This document shows, piece after piece, positions 26,860 through 37,306 of a stretch of DNA of 64,000 bases (positions are counted from its first letter, which is position 1; each line of letters begins with the position of its first letter). The position numbers and the translations under genes are program-made. The stretch is from NCBI GenBank assembly GCA_023131895.1, contig JAGLYZ010000002.1, forward strand, positions 176,474 through 240,473, given 5' to 3'. This stretch comes from Candidatus Parcubacteria bacterium. Lineage in GTDB: Bacteria > Patescibacteriota > Minisyncoccia > Minisyncoccales > JAGMDC01. The notes beneath the pieces were generated by a model. It had not been told where the DNA came from. It ran no database searches and worked only from the letters and a program-made list of their open reading frames with translations.

Positions 26860-27546
26860 TTATTTTTCTTCCTTGCCCGCCGAAGCTTCAGCAGAAGCAG
26901 GTTCTTCTTTCTCCGCCTCTTTCTCCTCTTTCTCCTTCTCTCCTACTTTTTCAACTTCCTCAACTTTTTCTTCAACTGGCTTTTCTAATTCTTCTTCTAC
27001 TTTTTCAGGCGGAGTCACTAAAACTATAACTTCCTCCTGTTCTTTTAAAACTTTTACTCCTTCTGGAACTTGCAAATCTTTTACCATAATACTATCTTCA
27101 AAAGTTTTTAAACTTTCAACATTAACCTTAATACTGTGAGGAAGATTTTGTGGAAGGGCTTTTACTTCTATCTCTTTAATATTTTTCACTAATGTTCCTC
27201 CTAATTCTTTTACAGCTGGTGCTTCTCCTAAAAATTCTAAAGATACTGTTGCTTCTGTTTCTTCATCTAAAACAGGCTGGTAGAAATCAATATGGATAAA
27301 ACTACCTTTTAAGGGATCTTTTTGGAAATCGTGAATTAAAACCAAGAACTCATTTTCACCAACTTTTAACTTGATTAAAGAACTCTCGCCTGCTTCTTTA
27401 AAAACTTTTTCAAATTCTTTTTCATTAACTTGTAAAGAAAAGTTTTTAATTTTCGGACCATACAAAACCGCAGGTAAAAAACCCTCTTGCCGGAGAGTGT
27501 CTGTCTTCTCTTTTTCATCTCTAATTTCGGCTGATAAACTAAGCAT
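26860..27546 (-). CDS. rplY: 50S ribosomal protein L25/Ctc with acidic C-terminal tail
   Basis: RQEGFLPAVLYGPK...LIHDFQKDPLKGSFIHIDF. Confidence 0.85.
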   Translation of the reverse strand: MLSLSAEIRDEKEKTDTLRQEGFLPAVLYGPKIKNFSLQVNEKEFEKVFKEAGESSLIKLKVGENEFLVLIHDFQKDPLKGSFIHIDFYQPVLDEETEATVSLEFLGEAPAVKELGGTLVKNIKEIEVKALPQNLPHSIKVNVESLKTFEDSIMVKDLQVPEGVKVLKEQEEVIVLVTPPEKVEEELEKPVEEKVEEVEKVGEKEKEEKEAEKEEPASAEASAGKEEK

Positions 27547-27638
27547 AATCGCTTCGCTTTCATTTTAACATTTAAACATATTAACAAAAAATAAATTTAA
27601 AAATGTTAAAATGTTAGTATGTTAATATGCTAAAATGA
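27547..27638. repeat. Family-1 palindromic intergenic element
   Basis: cattttaacatttaaacatattaac ... atgttaaaatgttagtatgttaatatgctaaaatg. Confidence 0.8.
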
Positions 27639-27854
27639 TTATTCTTTAATATGGATACACTGCGCCGGGCATCCTTCAGCTGCTTCTTTGGCGCAATCAA
27701 TTTCTTTAATTTCTAATTCTTGTTCTTCTGAATCATCTTCAGTACCCTTAAGATGCGGTTTATTATCTTCTCCAATCTCAAAATATCTCGGGCATACTGC
27801 CTGGCATGCCCCGCATCCAACACATTTTGATTTATCTAAAATAATCTTTGGCAT
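27639..27854 (-). CDS. Small 4Fe-4S ferredoxin
   Basis: CVGCGACQAVCP ... CAKEAAEGCPAQC. Confidence 0.8.
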   Translation of the reverse strand: MPKIILDKSKCVGCGACQAVCPRYFEIGEDNKPHLKGTEDDSEEQELEIKEIDCAKEAAEGCPAQCIHIKE

Positions 27855-27903
27855 AATGCTTGTGTATTGTATCAGAATATAAGCAGAAAAGTCAAGAAAA
27901 TTC

Positions 27904-28815
27904 TTAAATGCTTTGATTGTAAATCTTTAAAGAATCATCAACTGTTTTGTTTTCAACAGTGATAGCGTAAATTGCATTGCACATTGCTACTGCTTCTTTA
28001 AATCCTTTTTGATGAATGTTTCTTCCAGTGGCATTTCCGCATGCTCCAACCTCAATTTGATCATACAACCGTTGTAAAAACACTTTAACATCTACTGAAG
28101 AACCGCCTGCACATACAACTCCTGTTCTGCCTGCTGACTGAATCGCTTCCTTTAATAATTCCTTTGATTCTTCTCCTTCCATTTTTGGATAATTAATCTT
28201 GACAAAATCACTACCCAAACAAGCAGCCACACCTGTTGCGCCTGCAATTAAATGCGGATCTTTTTCATCCTTTACTGCTTTTCCTCGCGGGTATATCCAA
28301 AGAACTGTTAAAAGACCATTTTTATGCGCCTCATAAACCATTCTCGATGCTTCCCTCAACATTTCTACTTCATATTCACTCCCTAAATAAATTGTATATC
28401 CAACAGCAACTATCTTTAAACCAGAATTTTTCTGAAATTCAATAACTTCATTAATATGAGTAATTTTTCCACTATACGGATCTCTCTGTTCTGTTTTAAT
28501 AAGATTCGTCTTTGAATTAAGTTTTACAAGATACTGAATATTTTTATAATCAGCACCATATTTAGCAATAAGTCCAAGCTGTGTAGCAAAGACTCCGATT
28601 TTTGCCTTGCTTGCAATTCGGAAAAGATGCTCTGGATTAGCATCATCAGGATGTATCCCTTCACCACAAAAATCTTTGTTCAAATGCTCTATTTTCTGAT
28701 CTCCGGCAAAAAGCATTATCCTGCCGGAATTATGTGTTATATCCAAATAATTTTGAATATATTTTTTTTGCATTGCTTTTGGAACATCCAAAGGCGCTTT
28801 AATTGTTTTTTTCAT
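27904..28815 (-). CDS. Class I fructose-bisphosphate aldolase, DhnA/FbaB (archaeal) type
   Basis: About 300 aa TIM-barrel pattern, VKLN and DFVKINYP lysine motifs. Overlaps the fbp stop. Confidence 0.65.
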   Translation of the reverse strand: MKKTIKAPLDVPKAMQKKYIQNYLDITHNSGRIMLFAGDQKIEHLNKDFCGEGIHPDDANPEHLFRIASKAKIGVFATQLGLIAKYGADYKNIQYLVKLNSKTNLIKTEQRDPYSGKITHINEVIEFQKNSGLKIVAVGYTIYLGSEYEVEMLREASRMVYEAHKNGLLTVLWIYPRGKAVKDEKDPHLIAGATGVAACLGSDFVKINYPKMEGEESKELLKEAIQSAGRTGVVCAGGSSVDVKVFLQRLYDQIEVGACGNATGRNIHQKGFKEAVAMCNAIYAITVENKTVDDSLKIYNQSI

Positions 28816-29701
28816 ATAATATTTTTTCTAAATTTTTAATGAGACCTTTGTTGCCAACATAAGTTGGAACTCTTTGATTAATGCTTTCTGGCTGAATATC
28901 TAATATTGACCCTGCACCATTAGTTGAAGAGCCACCTGCTTGCTTTATAATAAACGACATTGGATTGCTTTCAGCTAATAATCTTAATTTTCCATTTGGT
29001 TTGGTACTAAGCGCTGGATAAGCAAAAATCCCGCCATAATGAAGAATTTGATTAAAATCACCAACAAACGCGCCGCCATATCTTAATTTATATCCCTCTG
29101 CTTCTAATCCTTTAATATATTTTCTAAACCTAGGAAGCCAATCTTTGCGCAAACCGCCGATTCCATATAACTTACCTGGCTCTGGAAGTTTTATATTTTT
29201 TTTCTTAAGTATAAATCCTTTTCTGGTATGTAAAAATTCATTAACTCCATTTCTTGTTGCATAAACTAAAGTCATCACAGGACCGTATAAAATATACAGC
29301 GCACCCATCTGGTATTTTCCTTTAACTGGCAGGTCTTTTTTATATATGCCAAAAATTGTACCGACCAAATTATTGCTTTCAATGTTTGAAGAACCGTCTA
29401 ATGGATCCAGGGTAATACTAAATGTCCCTTTGTTATCAAGTTTTACCACATCTTCCTGTTCTTCTGATGTCATCATCTTGATCAATCCTGATTTTTTTAA
29501 TTCATCAGTTATAAATTCATCTGCCCATTTGTCTGCAACTAATTGTGTTTCGCCAAATACATTTTTTGTATCTGCCTTGCCTCGCCTGTACGGAAGCTCT
29601 TGGCTTATCCTTTCTGCGATATCAGCTATCTTTACAATCAAATCTGCCAGCTCTTTATCGTTTTTTTTCACATATTCTTTTAATGTAAATGTTTTTTCCA
29701 T
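28799..29701 (-). CDS. fbp: Fructose-1,6-bisphosphatase class 1
   Basis: TLDPLDGSSNIESN, GTIFGIY and RYGGAFVGD motifs. Confidence 0.85.
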   Translation of the reverse strand: MEKTFTLKEYVKKNDKELADLIVKIADIAERISQELPYRRGKADTKNVFGETQLVADKWADEFITDELKKSGLIKMMTSEEQEDVVKLDNKGTFSITLDPLDGSSNIESNNLVGTIFGIYKKDLPVKGKYQMGALYILYGPVMTLVYATRNGVNEFLHTRKGFILKKKNIKLPEPGKLYGIGGLRKDWLPRFRKYIKGLEAEGYKLRYGGAFVGDFNQILHYGGIFAYPALSTKPNGKLRLLAESNPMSFIIKQAGGSSTNGAGSILDIQPESINQRVPTYVGNKGLIKNLEKILYEKNN

Positions 29702-29716
29702 ATTTATATCATTATA

Positions 29717-32095
29717 TCACTTGTTTTTCTTTTTTGCCAAATTTAAAATTGTTTTGATTACTGTATCTGGATTTAAAGAAATGCTTTCAATCCCCTCTTG
29801 AACTAAAAATTCGGCAAATTCTGGAAAGTCGCTCGGTGATTGGCCGCAAATTCCACAGTATTTTTTCTTTTGGCAGCAAAGAGTAATTACTTTTGAGAGC
29901 ATTTTTTTTATAGTCTGGTCTCTTTCATCAGTAATATGAGCAATGCGTGCGTTGTCCCTATCCATTCCTAAAGAAAGTTGAGTTAAATCATTTGAGCCAA
30001 TTGACATTCCATCAAAAATCTCTAAAAACTCTTCTGCTAAAATAACATTGGAAGGAATCTCGCACATTATTATTACTTTTAAGCCGTCTTTTCCTTTTTC
30101 TAATCCAAACTTTTTCATTAAATCTAAAACTTTCTTCCCCTCTTCTACTGTCCGGCAAAAAGGAACCATTAAAGTAATATTTTTTAAGCCAAAAACATCT
30201 CTGGCTTTTTTTATCGCCTGGCATTCCATTTTAAAAGCTGGCTGAAACTCTTTATCTAAATAACGGCAAGCGCCCCTAAATCCCATCATTGGATTTGCTT
30301 CTTCTTGTTCAAAAAGTTCGCCGCCAATTAGATTTTTATATTCATTGGTTTTAAAATCAGAAAATCTTAAAATCACTTCTTTTGGATAAAACGCTGCCGC
30401 GATAATAGCTATCCCCTCAGCTAACTTATCAACAAAATACTGCTTTTTATCTTTATACCCAATGGTTATTTTCTCAATTTTTTTCTTTAATATTTTGTCT
30501 TTTAATTTTTTATAGTGATACAAAGCCAATGGGTGTATTCTAATTTTTTCAGCGATAATAAACTCTTGTCTGGCCAGGCCTACTCCGTCATTAGGCAAAA
30601 AAGATGATTTAAAAGCAATATCCGGAGTACCAATATTAAGCATAATTTTTGTTTTCAGTTCAGGAATCTTTTTTAAATCATATTTTTTAACTTTAAAGCC
30701 AATCTTTCCTTGATAAATCTTACCGTCTAATCCTTGTGTGCAATCAACTGTTATTTCCTCGCCTGTTTTTAAAACCTTTGTTCCGTTTAATGTTCCTACT
30801 ATGCAAGGAATCCCTAATTCCCTTGAAACAATTGCTGCATGACAAACCTTAGAACCCTCATTAGTAATAACTGCTGAAGCATTTCTAATAATCGGAACCC
30901 AATCAGGATCAGTCATTTGCGTTACTAAAACTTCTCCTTTTTTAAAATCTGAAATTCTTGCAATATCTTTAATAATATGCACTTTCCCCTGCCCGATTTT
31001 ATTTCCAACAGCAATACCTGTCAAAATAGGATTTTTTGATGTTTTTATTTGATATTCTTCATAAAATTGAATTTTTTTAGGAATATGCACTGTTTCTGGT
31101 CTTGCCTGAACAATAAATAACTCTCCTGTTTTTCCATCTTTTGCCCATTCAATATCTTGAGCCATCTTATAATGTTCTTCAATTAAACAAGCCCATTTTG
31201 CCAAAGTAAGAATTTCTTTGTCATTTAAACTAAATTTTGTTTGCTGTTTCTCTGCGACACTAATTTCTTTTAATCCTCCATTTTTATTATAGATGTATTT
31301 TTTATTCTTTCTTCCTAAATTTTTAGAGATAATTGACTTACACCCTTGTTCCAAAGTTGGCTTGAAAACATAAAATTCATCAGGAGTAATCTTTCCTTTA
31401 ACGAGCATCTCACCTATTCCAAAAATAGAGTTAATTAAAACTATATCTTTAAAACCTGTCTCAGTGTCCATGGTGAATATTACTCCAGCTGTGCCTAAAT
31501 CCGATCTAACCATTTTTTGAACACCAACAGAAAGAGCAATTTTTAAGTGATCAAAACCTTTCTCCTCACGATAAGCAATAGCTCTATCAGTAAATAAAGA
31601 AGCCATGCATTTTTTAATGGCTTTTAATAATTCTTCCTCGCTGGAAATATTCAAGTATGTTTCGTGCTGTCCGGCAAAACTCGCGCTTGGCAGGTCTTCC
31701 GCAGTAGCCGAACTTCTAACAGCTACATCAGTATTCTCCTCTCCATATTTTTGAGATAGTTTTTTATAATTTTCTAAAATCTCTTTTTTTAAATCCTGTG
31801 GAAACTCGGCTTTTGAAATAAATTGCCGAGCCATTTTCCCGGTTTCTTGAAGCGACTTTATGCTTTTTGGATTGAATTTTTGAAAAATCTCTTTTATTTT
31901 TTTGTCTATTTTATTTGCTTTCAAAAAATACCAATAGGCTTTTGAGGTTAATACAAAACCATCAGGAATATTAATTCCCTTTTTAGTTAATTGCGAAAAC
32001 ATCTCACCCAAAGAAGCATTTTTGCCGCCAACCAAAGCAACATCATCTTTAGAGATGTCCTTATACCATAAAATATATTTTTCTGACTTTTTCAT
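29717..32095 (-). CDS. ppsA: Phosphoenolpyruvate synthase
   Basis: 792 aa; ATP-grasp N-terminus, swivel His region NEGSKVCHAAIVSRELGIPCIVG, C-terminal PEP-utilising domain GSNDLTQ. Confidence 0.85.
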   Translation of the reverse strand: MKKSEKYILWYKDISKDDVALVGGKNASLGEMFSQLTKKGINIPDGFVLTSKAYWYFLKANKIDKKIKEIFQKFNPKSIKSLQETGKMARQFISKAEFPQDLKKEILENYKKLSQKYGEENTDVAVRSSATAEDLPSASFAGQHETYLNISSEEELLKAIKKCMASLFTDRAIAYREEKGFDHLKIALSVGVQKMVRSDLGTAGVIFTMDTETGFKDIVLINSIFGIGEMLVKGKITPDEFYVFKPTLEQGCKSIISKNLGRKNKKYIYNKNGGLKEISVAEKQQTKFSLNDKEILTLAKWACLIEEHYKMAQDIEWAKDGKTGELFIVQARPETVHIPKKIQFYEEYQIKTSKNPILTGIAVGNKIGQGKVHIIKDIARISDFKKGEVLVTQMTDPDWVPIIRNASAVITNEGSKVCHAAIVSRELGIPCIVGTLNGTKVLKTGEEITVDCTQGLDGKIYQGKIGFKVKKYDLKKIPELKTKIMLNIGTPDIAFKSSFLPNDGVGLARQEFIIAEKIRIHPLALYHYKKLKDKILKKKIEKITIGYKDKKQYFVDKLAEGIAIIAAAFYPKEVILRFSDFKTNEYKNLIGGELFEQEEANPMMGFRGACRYLDKEFQPAFKMECQAIKKARDVFGLKNITLMVPFCRTVEEGKKVLDLMKKFGLEKGKDGLKVIIMCEIPSNVILAEEFLEIFDGMSIGSNDLTQLSLGMDRDNARIAHITDERDQTIKKMLSKVITLCCQKKKYCGICGQSPSDFPEFAEFLVQEGIESISLNPDTVIKTILNLAKKKNK

Positions 32096-32138
32096 AAAAT
32101 TTTAAACAAACACCCGGTGTTTGTATAAATGATTTAAA

Positions 32139-32597
32139 TTAAAAAAATTGGAATATGCCTAAAGTTAATAATGTAACTAATAAACCGGCTATGAGTATTC
32201 CGATAAAGATTAAAGGCAGGGCTGTTTTAAAAGGAATTCTGAAAATAAATGCGCAGATTGAACCAGTCCAGGCGCCAGTAAAAGGAAGAGGAATAGCTAC
32301 TAAAATCACCAAAGCCAGCTCTTTCCAGTTTTTAAACTTATTACTGTGATTTTTTCTATTTCTCTCAAAAAGCCAGGCGAAAAAACGGTTAAAAGAATAA
32401 AAATGATGACTCAAATATTTTGAAATCGGTCCTAAAAACCAAAGCAGAAAAATAGCTGGAATTAAGTTGCCAATAACAGAAAAAAAATAAGCTGACCAAA
32501 CTGATAAATCATACACTTCTAATGCATAAGGGATAGATATCCGAAGTTCGCCTATCGGCGCCATTGCCAATAAAAATGTTTTTAATTCTAATATCAT
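32139..32597 (-). CDS. Small multi-TM membrane protein (COG2426-like small export protein)
   Basis: Four or five hydrophobic helices, 152 aa. By-eye family match only. Confidence 0.45.
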   Translation of the reverse strand: MILELKTFLLAMAPIGELRISIPYALEVYDLSVWSAYFFSVIGNLIPAIFLLWFLGPISKYLSHHFYSFNRFFAWLFERNRKNHSNKFKNWKELALVILVAIPLPFTGAWTGSICAFIFRIPFKTALPLIFIGILIAGLLVTLLTLGIFQFF

Positions 32598-33634
32598 TGT
32601 TTTCTTAAATACTCTGCTGCTTTTTCCGGCTCAATAGTAGAAATCTCCATTCTGGTCCCTATTTCAAATCCGGCCCAAGTTGAAGTTTTTGGCAAGATGG
32701 TCCAATGCCAGTGATAATGATCGTAATTTCTTCCATCGCAAGGAGCAGTGTGGAGATAAAAATTGTAAGCTGGATCATTTAAACCTTTATAAAGCTTGCT
32801 TAATGCTTTTTGAAATGCCTCTGCTAAATGCTGTTTTTCTTTTTCAGTAATTCTTTCAAAATAAGAAAGGTGTTTTTTAGGAGTAATAATAACTTCAAAA
32901 GCCATTTTAGAGGCAAAAGGACAAATAACTAAAAAATCATTGTTTTCAAAAACTACTCTCTTTTTATTTTTCCTTTCCCAATCGCCCATTAAACAATAAA
33001 GGCATTTTTTATGAGCTCTGAAATATTTTTTAGAATTACGGATTGCTTTCTTTAAATCAGTATCAATAAGAGGCGTAGTTATAATTTGAGAATGAGGATG
33101 AGCAATTGAAGCGCCTGATTCTATACCATGGTTATGAAAAATTGAGATATAATTGACAAACTTTTCTTTCATTAAACTTAAATATCTTTCTTGATAAATA
33201 TCTATTACTTCTTTAATCTGTTTTATTGAAAATTGAGTCATTTGTTTATTATGGTCTCGAGTAATCACTACTTCGTGAAAACCCACTGCGTTCATCTTCT
33301 CATATAAGCCCCCTTCAATATGTTTATCTATTTTTGAATTAGGAATAAAGGCAGGATATTTATTTGGTACAGAAATTGTTGTCCAATTTTTTGGAATCTT
33401 GCTCCCGGGTTTAAATTTTATTTTTTTACCATTGGAAAATAAAATTGTTGGCATCTCCTGAGTATGAATTTGGCAAAAAGGACAATCTTTTTTAGAAACC
33501 TTTTCTATTTTTCTTCTTTCTTTTTTAAAAGTTTCCGGCCTCCGCGCCCTGCCAGTCGCAATAACAACCCAATCCTTTGAAGCGAGATCAAAACGTAATT
33601 CGGAAGGAAATTTCAGTTTTTGGTTTTTAGACAT
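32594..33634 (-). CDS. galT: Galactose-1-phosphate uridylyltransferase-like (GalT, HIT superfamily)
   Basis: CPFCQ zinc motif and SIAHPHSQI active-site His-x-His-x-Q. Confidence 0.7.
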   Translation of the reverse strand: MSKNQKLKFPSELRFDLASKDWVVIATGRARRPETFKKERRKIEKVSKKDCPFCQIHTQEMPTILFSNGKKIKFKPGSKIPKNWTTISVPNKYPAFIPNSKIDKHIEGGLYEKMNAVGFHEVVITRDHNKQMTQFSIKQIKEVIDIYQERYLSLMKEKFVNYISIFHNHGIESGASIAHPHSQIITTPLIDTDLKKAIRNSKKYFRAHKKCLYCLMGDWERKNKKRVVFENNDFLVICPFASKMAFEVIITPKKHLSYFERITEKEKQHLAEAFQKALSKLYKGLNDPAYNFYLHTAPCDGRNYDHYHWHWTILPKTSTWAGFEIGTRMEISTIEPEKAAEYLRKQ

Positions 33635-34358
33635 ATTTTTTACTAATTAAATTCCATCTAATTTGAAATACTTCAATTAACATTTTTACCATTGACTTGA
33701 ATCCTACTGTACTTGCTTGATCGTTTATCCAAACAACTGGAATTTCTTTTATTTTATAACCAAGTTTTTTAACTAAAACTAAAACTTCCACATCAAAAGC
33801 AAAACGGTTGATTTTACATTTCGGAAAAATATCTTCCACTGCTTTTTTAGTAAAACCCTTAAATCCGCACTGGGTATCCCATATTCCAAAAAGTCCGGAA
33901 ATAATCTGGACAATTAAATTAAAGATATTACCAAGCATTATTCTCCACCAGGTCTGAGGGACAGTAATAACTGCTCCCTTAATATCCCGCGAACCAATTA
34001 CAACTTCATAACCATTTTGAAATTCTGGCCACATTTTTTCTATTTGGTCAATTGAGGTAGAATTATCAGCGTCAGTAAAAACTCTGTATTTCCCCTTTGC
34101 TTCTAATAATCCCTGTCTAACAACATAACCTTTGCCGTGGTTTGTTTTATTGTTAATTATTCGTAAATTCTTAATTTCAGGGATTACTTTTCTTACAACC
34201 TCTGCAGTTCTATCTGGAGAACCGTCATTAACTACAATAATTTCATAAGCATATGTCTGTTTTGACAAATACTTGTCAATTTCTTTTAATGTCTTAACAA
34301 TCCTTTTTTCCTCTTTATAAGCAGGGACTATAACTGAAAGGTAAATTTCATTGAGCAT
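33627..34358 (-). CDS. Family 2 glycosyltransferase (dolichyl/polyprenyl-phosphate hexosyltransferase-like)
   Basis: LSVIVPAYKEEKRI, VVNDGSPDRT and TDADNS (DxD). Confidence 0.8.
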   Translation of the reverse strand: MLNEIYLSVIVPAYKEEKRIVKTLKEIDKYLSKQTYAYEIIVVNDGSPDRTAEVVRKVIPEIKNLRIINNKTNHGKGYVVRQGLLEAKGKYRVFTDADNSTSIDQIEKMWPEFQNGYEVVIGSRDIKGAVITVPQTWWRIMLGNIFNLIVQIISGLFGIWDTQCGFKGFTKKAVEDIFPKCKINRFAFDVEVLVLVKKLGYKIKEIPVVWINDQASTVGFKSMVKMLIEVFQIRWNLISKKYV

Positions 34359-34394
34359 TAAATTATTTTAGCACAAAATTGAAAATAAAAACAG

Positions 34395-34471
34395 AAAAAC
34401 TACGAGAAATGTTCTCGCGTAGTTGCGTGCTGGACATACAGCACTGACGGCCGTCAGTAATATATGTCCAG
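34395..34471 (-). terminator. Nested GC-rich hairpins plus T-run downstream of map
   Basis: CTGGACATA...CTGACGGCCGTCAG...TATGTCCAG, then CGAGAA-CAT-TTCTCG followed by TTTTTCTGTTTTT (minus strand). Confidence 0.55.
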
Positions 34472-34472
34472 A

Positions 34473-35234
34473 CTATATTTCTGTCAATACTCGACAGCCG
34501 TGTTCGGTGACTGCCATTTGGTGTTCAAAATGAGCTGATAGAGAGCCATCTATAGCTTCAAAACCATTGCCATCTTCTGATTTTCTAATCTTCCAATCAC
34601 CTGCTGTCACCATTGGTTCAAGGCAAAAAACCATGCCTTGTTTTATTTTTGGACCGGCATGGCGTTTGCCATAATTCAAAATTTGAGGATCTTCATGCAA
34701 TTCTTTGCCAATGCCGTGTCCGCAAAGCTCGCGCACAACATTAAAACCTTGCGACTCAACATATCTTTGAATCGTATTCCCAATATCTCCAAATGTATTT
34801 CCAGGCCTGACTTTTTTAATTCCCCTTTTCAAAGCTTTTTTGGTTACTCTAATTAAACGTTGAGCTTCTAAAGAAATCTCTCCTACTGGAACAGTAACTG
34901 CCATATCAGCAAAATACCCTTTCCATCTTAATCCTAAATCCAAAGACAAAATATCGCCTTGTTTTAATTTGTAATAAGAAGGAACTCCATGAACAATTAC
35001 CTGATTAATAGAAGTGCATAAAGCCGTAGGAAAACCGCCATAGCCCTTAGAAATTGGACCTTTAAATCCCGGCTCTGCCCCATATTTAAAAATATGGCTT
35101 TCGGCAGCCATATTTAATTCTTTAGTAGTAATCCCTGGCTTAATCATGTCCACTAATTGTTTCATAATCTTTGCCAGGATTTTACAACCTTCAGCCATTA
35201 TCCTAATTTCTTCCGGAGTTTTTATTGAAATCAT
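34473..35234 (-). CDS. map: Methionine aminopeptidase type I
   Basis: Start set at MISIKTPEEIRIM. GDILSLDLG, ELCGHGIG and FCLEPM metal-ligand motifs. Confidence 0.9.
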   Translation of the reverse strand: MISIKTPEEIRIMAEGCKILAKIMKQLVDMIKPGITTKELNMAAESHIFKYGAEPGFKGPISKGYGGFPTALCTSINQVIVHGVPSYYKLKQGDILSLDLGLRWKGYFADMAVTVPVGEISLEAQRLIRVTKKALKRGIKKVRPGNTFGDIGNTIQRYVESQGFNVVRELCGHGIGKELHEDPQILNYGKRHAGPKIKQGMVFCLEPMVTAGDWKIRKSEDGNGFEAIDGSLSAHFEHQMAVTEHGCRVLTEI

Positions 35235-35243
35235 TAACTTTTG

Positions 35244-35324
35244 GAGAACTGTTCTCGGCTCTGCCGAGAACAGTTCTCGGTATTTTTGCCAGTCACAAAG
35301 TAGCACGATCGTGTTAGTTTGTGA
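35244..35324. repeat. Two perfect hairpins in the adk-map spacer
   Basis: gagaactgttctcggc/gccgagaacagttctc forms a 16-bp stem. The second is tcacaaa...cacgatcgtg...tttgtga, related to 5961-5992. Confidence 0.75.
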
Positions 35325-35333
35325 CGCTAATTT

Positions 35334-36005
35334 TTATTTTGATTTTGAATTTATGGCTTTTAGAATATCTTTAAAAACATCTTCAATTGGTTGCTGACCA
35401 TTGATTTTTATAAGACGGTTTTGGTTTTTATAAAATTTAGCTGTTTGAGCTACTCTATTATCATAAAAATCTAATCTACTGTTTATTGCTTCTGGACTAT
35501 CGTCAGCCCGAGTAATCAATTCTCCGCCGCATTTGTCGCAAACTTTTAATTTTTTAAATTCGCCAACCCATGGAATTAAATGCCCGCACTTTTTACAAAT
35601 TCTTCTTTTTGATAAACGGCCAAATGCTTCTTCTCTGGAAATATCAATCAATAAATTAAAACAGGTTTCTTTTCTTTCTAAAAAATCTAAATATCTGTCT
35701 AATGTTTGAGCTTCATTAACTCGGCGAGGAGCGCCATCAAGAATAAATCCATGGTTTTCTTTAAGATTATAAGCAAGTTCATGCATCCATAAAGCAGCTG
35801 CTAAATCATCAAACGGCAGACCTCCTTCTTTTATTATTTTTTGAACTCTTATGCTCGTATCTGTATTAGCTTTGGATAAATCTCTAAACAAATCACCAGT
35901 AGAAACATAAAATAGATTTCCAAAATGCTTCATCAAAAGTTTTGCTTGTGTCCCCTTTCCTGAACCAGATCTCCCTATTAAAGTAAAATTTAATGGCTTA
36001 GACAT
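35334..36005 (-). CDS. adk: Adenylate kinase (zinc-lid type)
   Basis: GRSGSGKGTQA P-loop; LID CKKCGH...CDKCGG; sits after secY. Confidence 0.9.
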   Translation of the reverse strand: MSKPLNFTLIGRSGSGKGTQAKLLMKHFGNLFYVSTGDLFRDLSKANTDTSIRVQKIIKEGGLPFDDLAAALWMHELAYNLKENHGFILDGAPRRVNEAQTLDRYLDFLERKETCFNLLIDISREEAFGRLSKRRICKKCGHLIPWVGEFKKLKVCDKCGGELITRADDSPEAINSRLDFYDNRVAQTAKFYKNQNRLIKINGQQPIEDVFKDILKAINSKSK

Positions 36006-36007
36006 AT

Positions 36008-37306
36008 TTAAAATGTATCGTAATCTCTCATTTGTAGTTGGGAATTTATTTGTTTTATAGTTTCTAAGACAACGCTCACAATAATCAACAAAGATGTTCC
36101 TCCTATTAAAAAGGAAAATGTTTGAACGCTGGTTATACCGCTTACTATAAAAGGCATTACTGCAATTAAACCTAAGAACAAAGCTCCGAAAAGCAAGACT
36201 CTGTTTAAAATATATTTCAAAAAGTTTGCAGTGGAAGAACCTGGCCTGATACCAGGCACAAATCCGCCCATTTTCTGCAAATTAGTAGCAATCGCTTTAG
36301 GGTCAAATGTTACTGCTGTATAAAAAAATGTAAATAAGACCACTAGAATAAAATAGAACATTCCATAAACTAAAAGATTTCTTTGCGGATCAAAAAGATT
36401 ACCAAGAGTTTGGGCGATATTGCCCACCATTCCTCCTACACCTCCTAAAAAACTGGCAATCATTCCAGGAAAAAGCATAATAGCAAGAGCAAAAATAATA
36501 GGAATAACACCAGCAGGATTAAGATTCAATGGCAAATAAGTAGATACGCCGCCATACATCTTCATCCCCCTTACTCTTTTAGCATAAGAGACAGGAATAT
36601 TCCTGCGCGCCTCATTAACTAAAACAACGCTGAAAATTATAACCAAAGCTAAAACAAAGAACAAGACATAAGAAAGAGTTTTCTCAGGGCTTGATTCAAC
36701 GTCAAAATAACTTTGATAAATAGACATTGGAAAAGCTGCAATAATACCGGCAAAAATTAAAAGAGAAACACCATTACCAATTCCTCTTTCAGTAATTAAT
36801 TCTCCCAGCCACATTAAAAAGACCGCTCCTGCTGTAATGCTTAAAACAGCAGCCAGCAGCAAAACTGGAGAAGCAAATTCAACTACTGGCGGACTCTGGC
36901 GCTGAAGCAGACTCAACATTGCAAATCCCTGTAAAGCGGCAAAAGGAACAGTTAATATTCTTCCGTATTGATTGAATTTCCTGCGGCCTGCCTCTCCTTC
37001 TTCTTTATACATTTTTTCCAACTGCGGAAAAATCATTGTCAAAAGCTGAAGAATAATGACTGAAGTAATATACGGGCCCAATCCCAGCATGACAATAGAA
37101 GACCTTTCCAATGCGCCGCCTGTGAATAAATTTAATAAACTTAAACTTTCATTGCTGGCAAAGAACATCTTTAGATTCTCAAGATTTACTCCAGGAACAG
37201 GAATATTTGCCATTAATCGAAAAACAGCAAAAATAAACAGAACAAAAAAAAGTTTGTTCCGCAAATCATGAATTTTAAATATTTGGATAAGCTTATTAAA
37301 CCACAT
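36008..37306 (-). CDS. secY: Preprotein translocase subunit SecY
   Basis: 432 aa, 10 TM pattern, GALERSSIVMLGLGPYITSVIILQLL. Confidence 0.9.
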   Translation of the reverse strand: MWFNKLIQIFKIHDLRNKLFFVLFIFAVFRLMANIPVPGVNLENLKMFFASNESLSLLNLFTGGALERSSIVMLGLGPYITSVIILQLLTMIFPQLEKMYKEEGEAGRRKFNQYGRILTVPFAALQGFAMLSLLQRQSPPVVEFASPVLLLAAVLSITAGAVFLMWLGELITERGIGNGVSLLIFAGIIAAFPMSIYQSYFDVESSPEKTLSYVLFFVLALVIIFSVVLVNEARRNIPVSYAKRVRGMKMYGGVSTYLPLNLNPAGVIPIIFALAIMLFPGMIASFLGGVGGMVGNIAQTLGNLFDPQRNLLVYGMFYFILVVLFTFFYTAVTFDPKAIATNLQKMGGFVPGIRPGSSTANFLKYILNRVLLFGALFLGLIAVMPFIVSGITSVQTFSFLIGGTSLLIIVSVVLETIKQINSQLQMRDYDTF

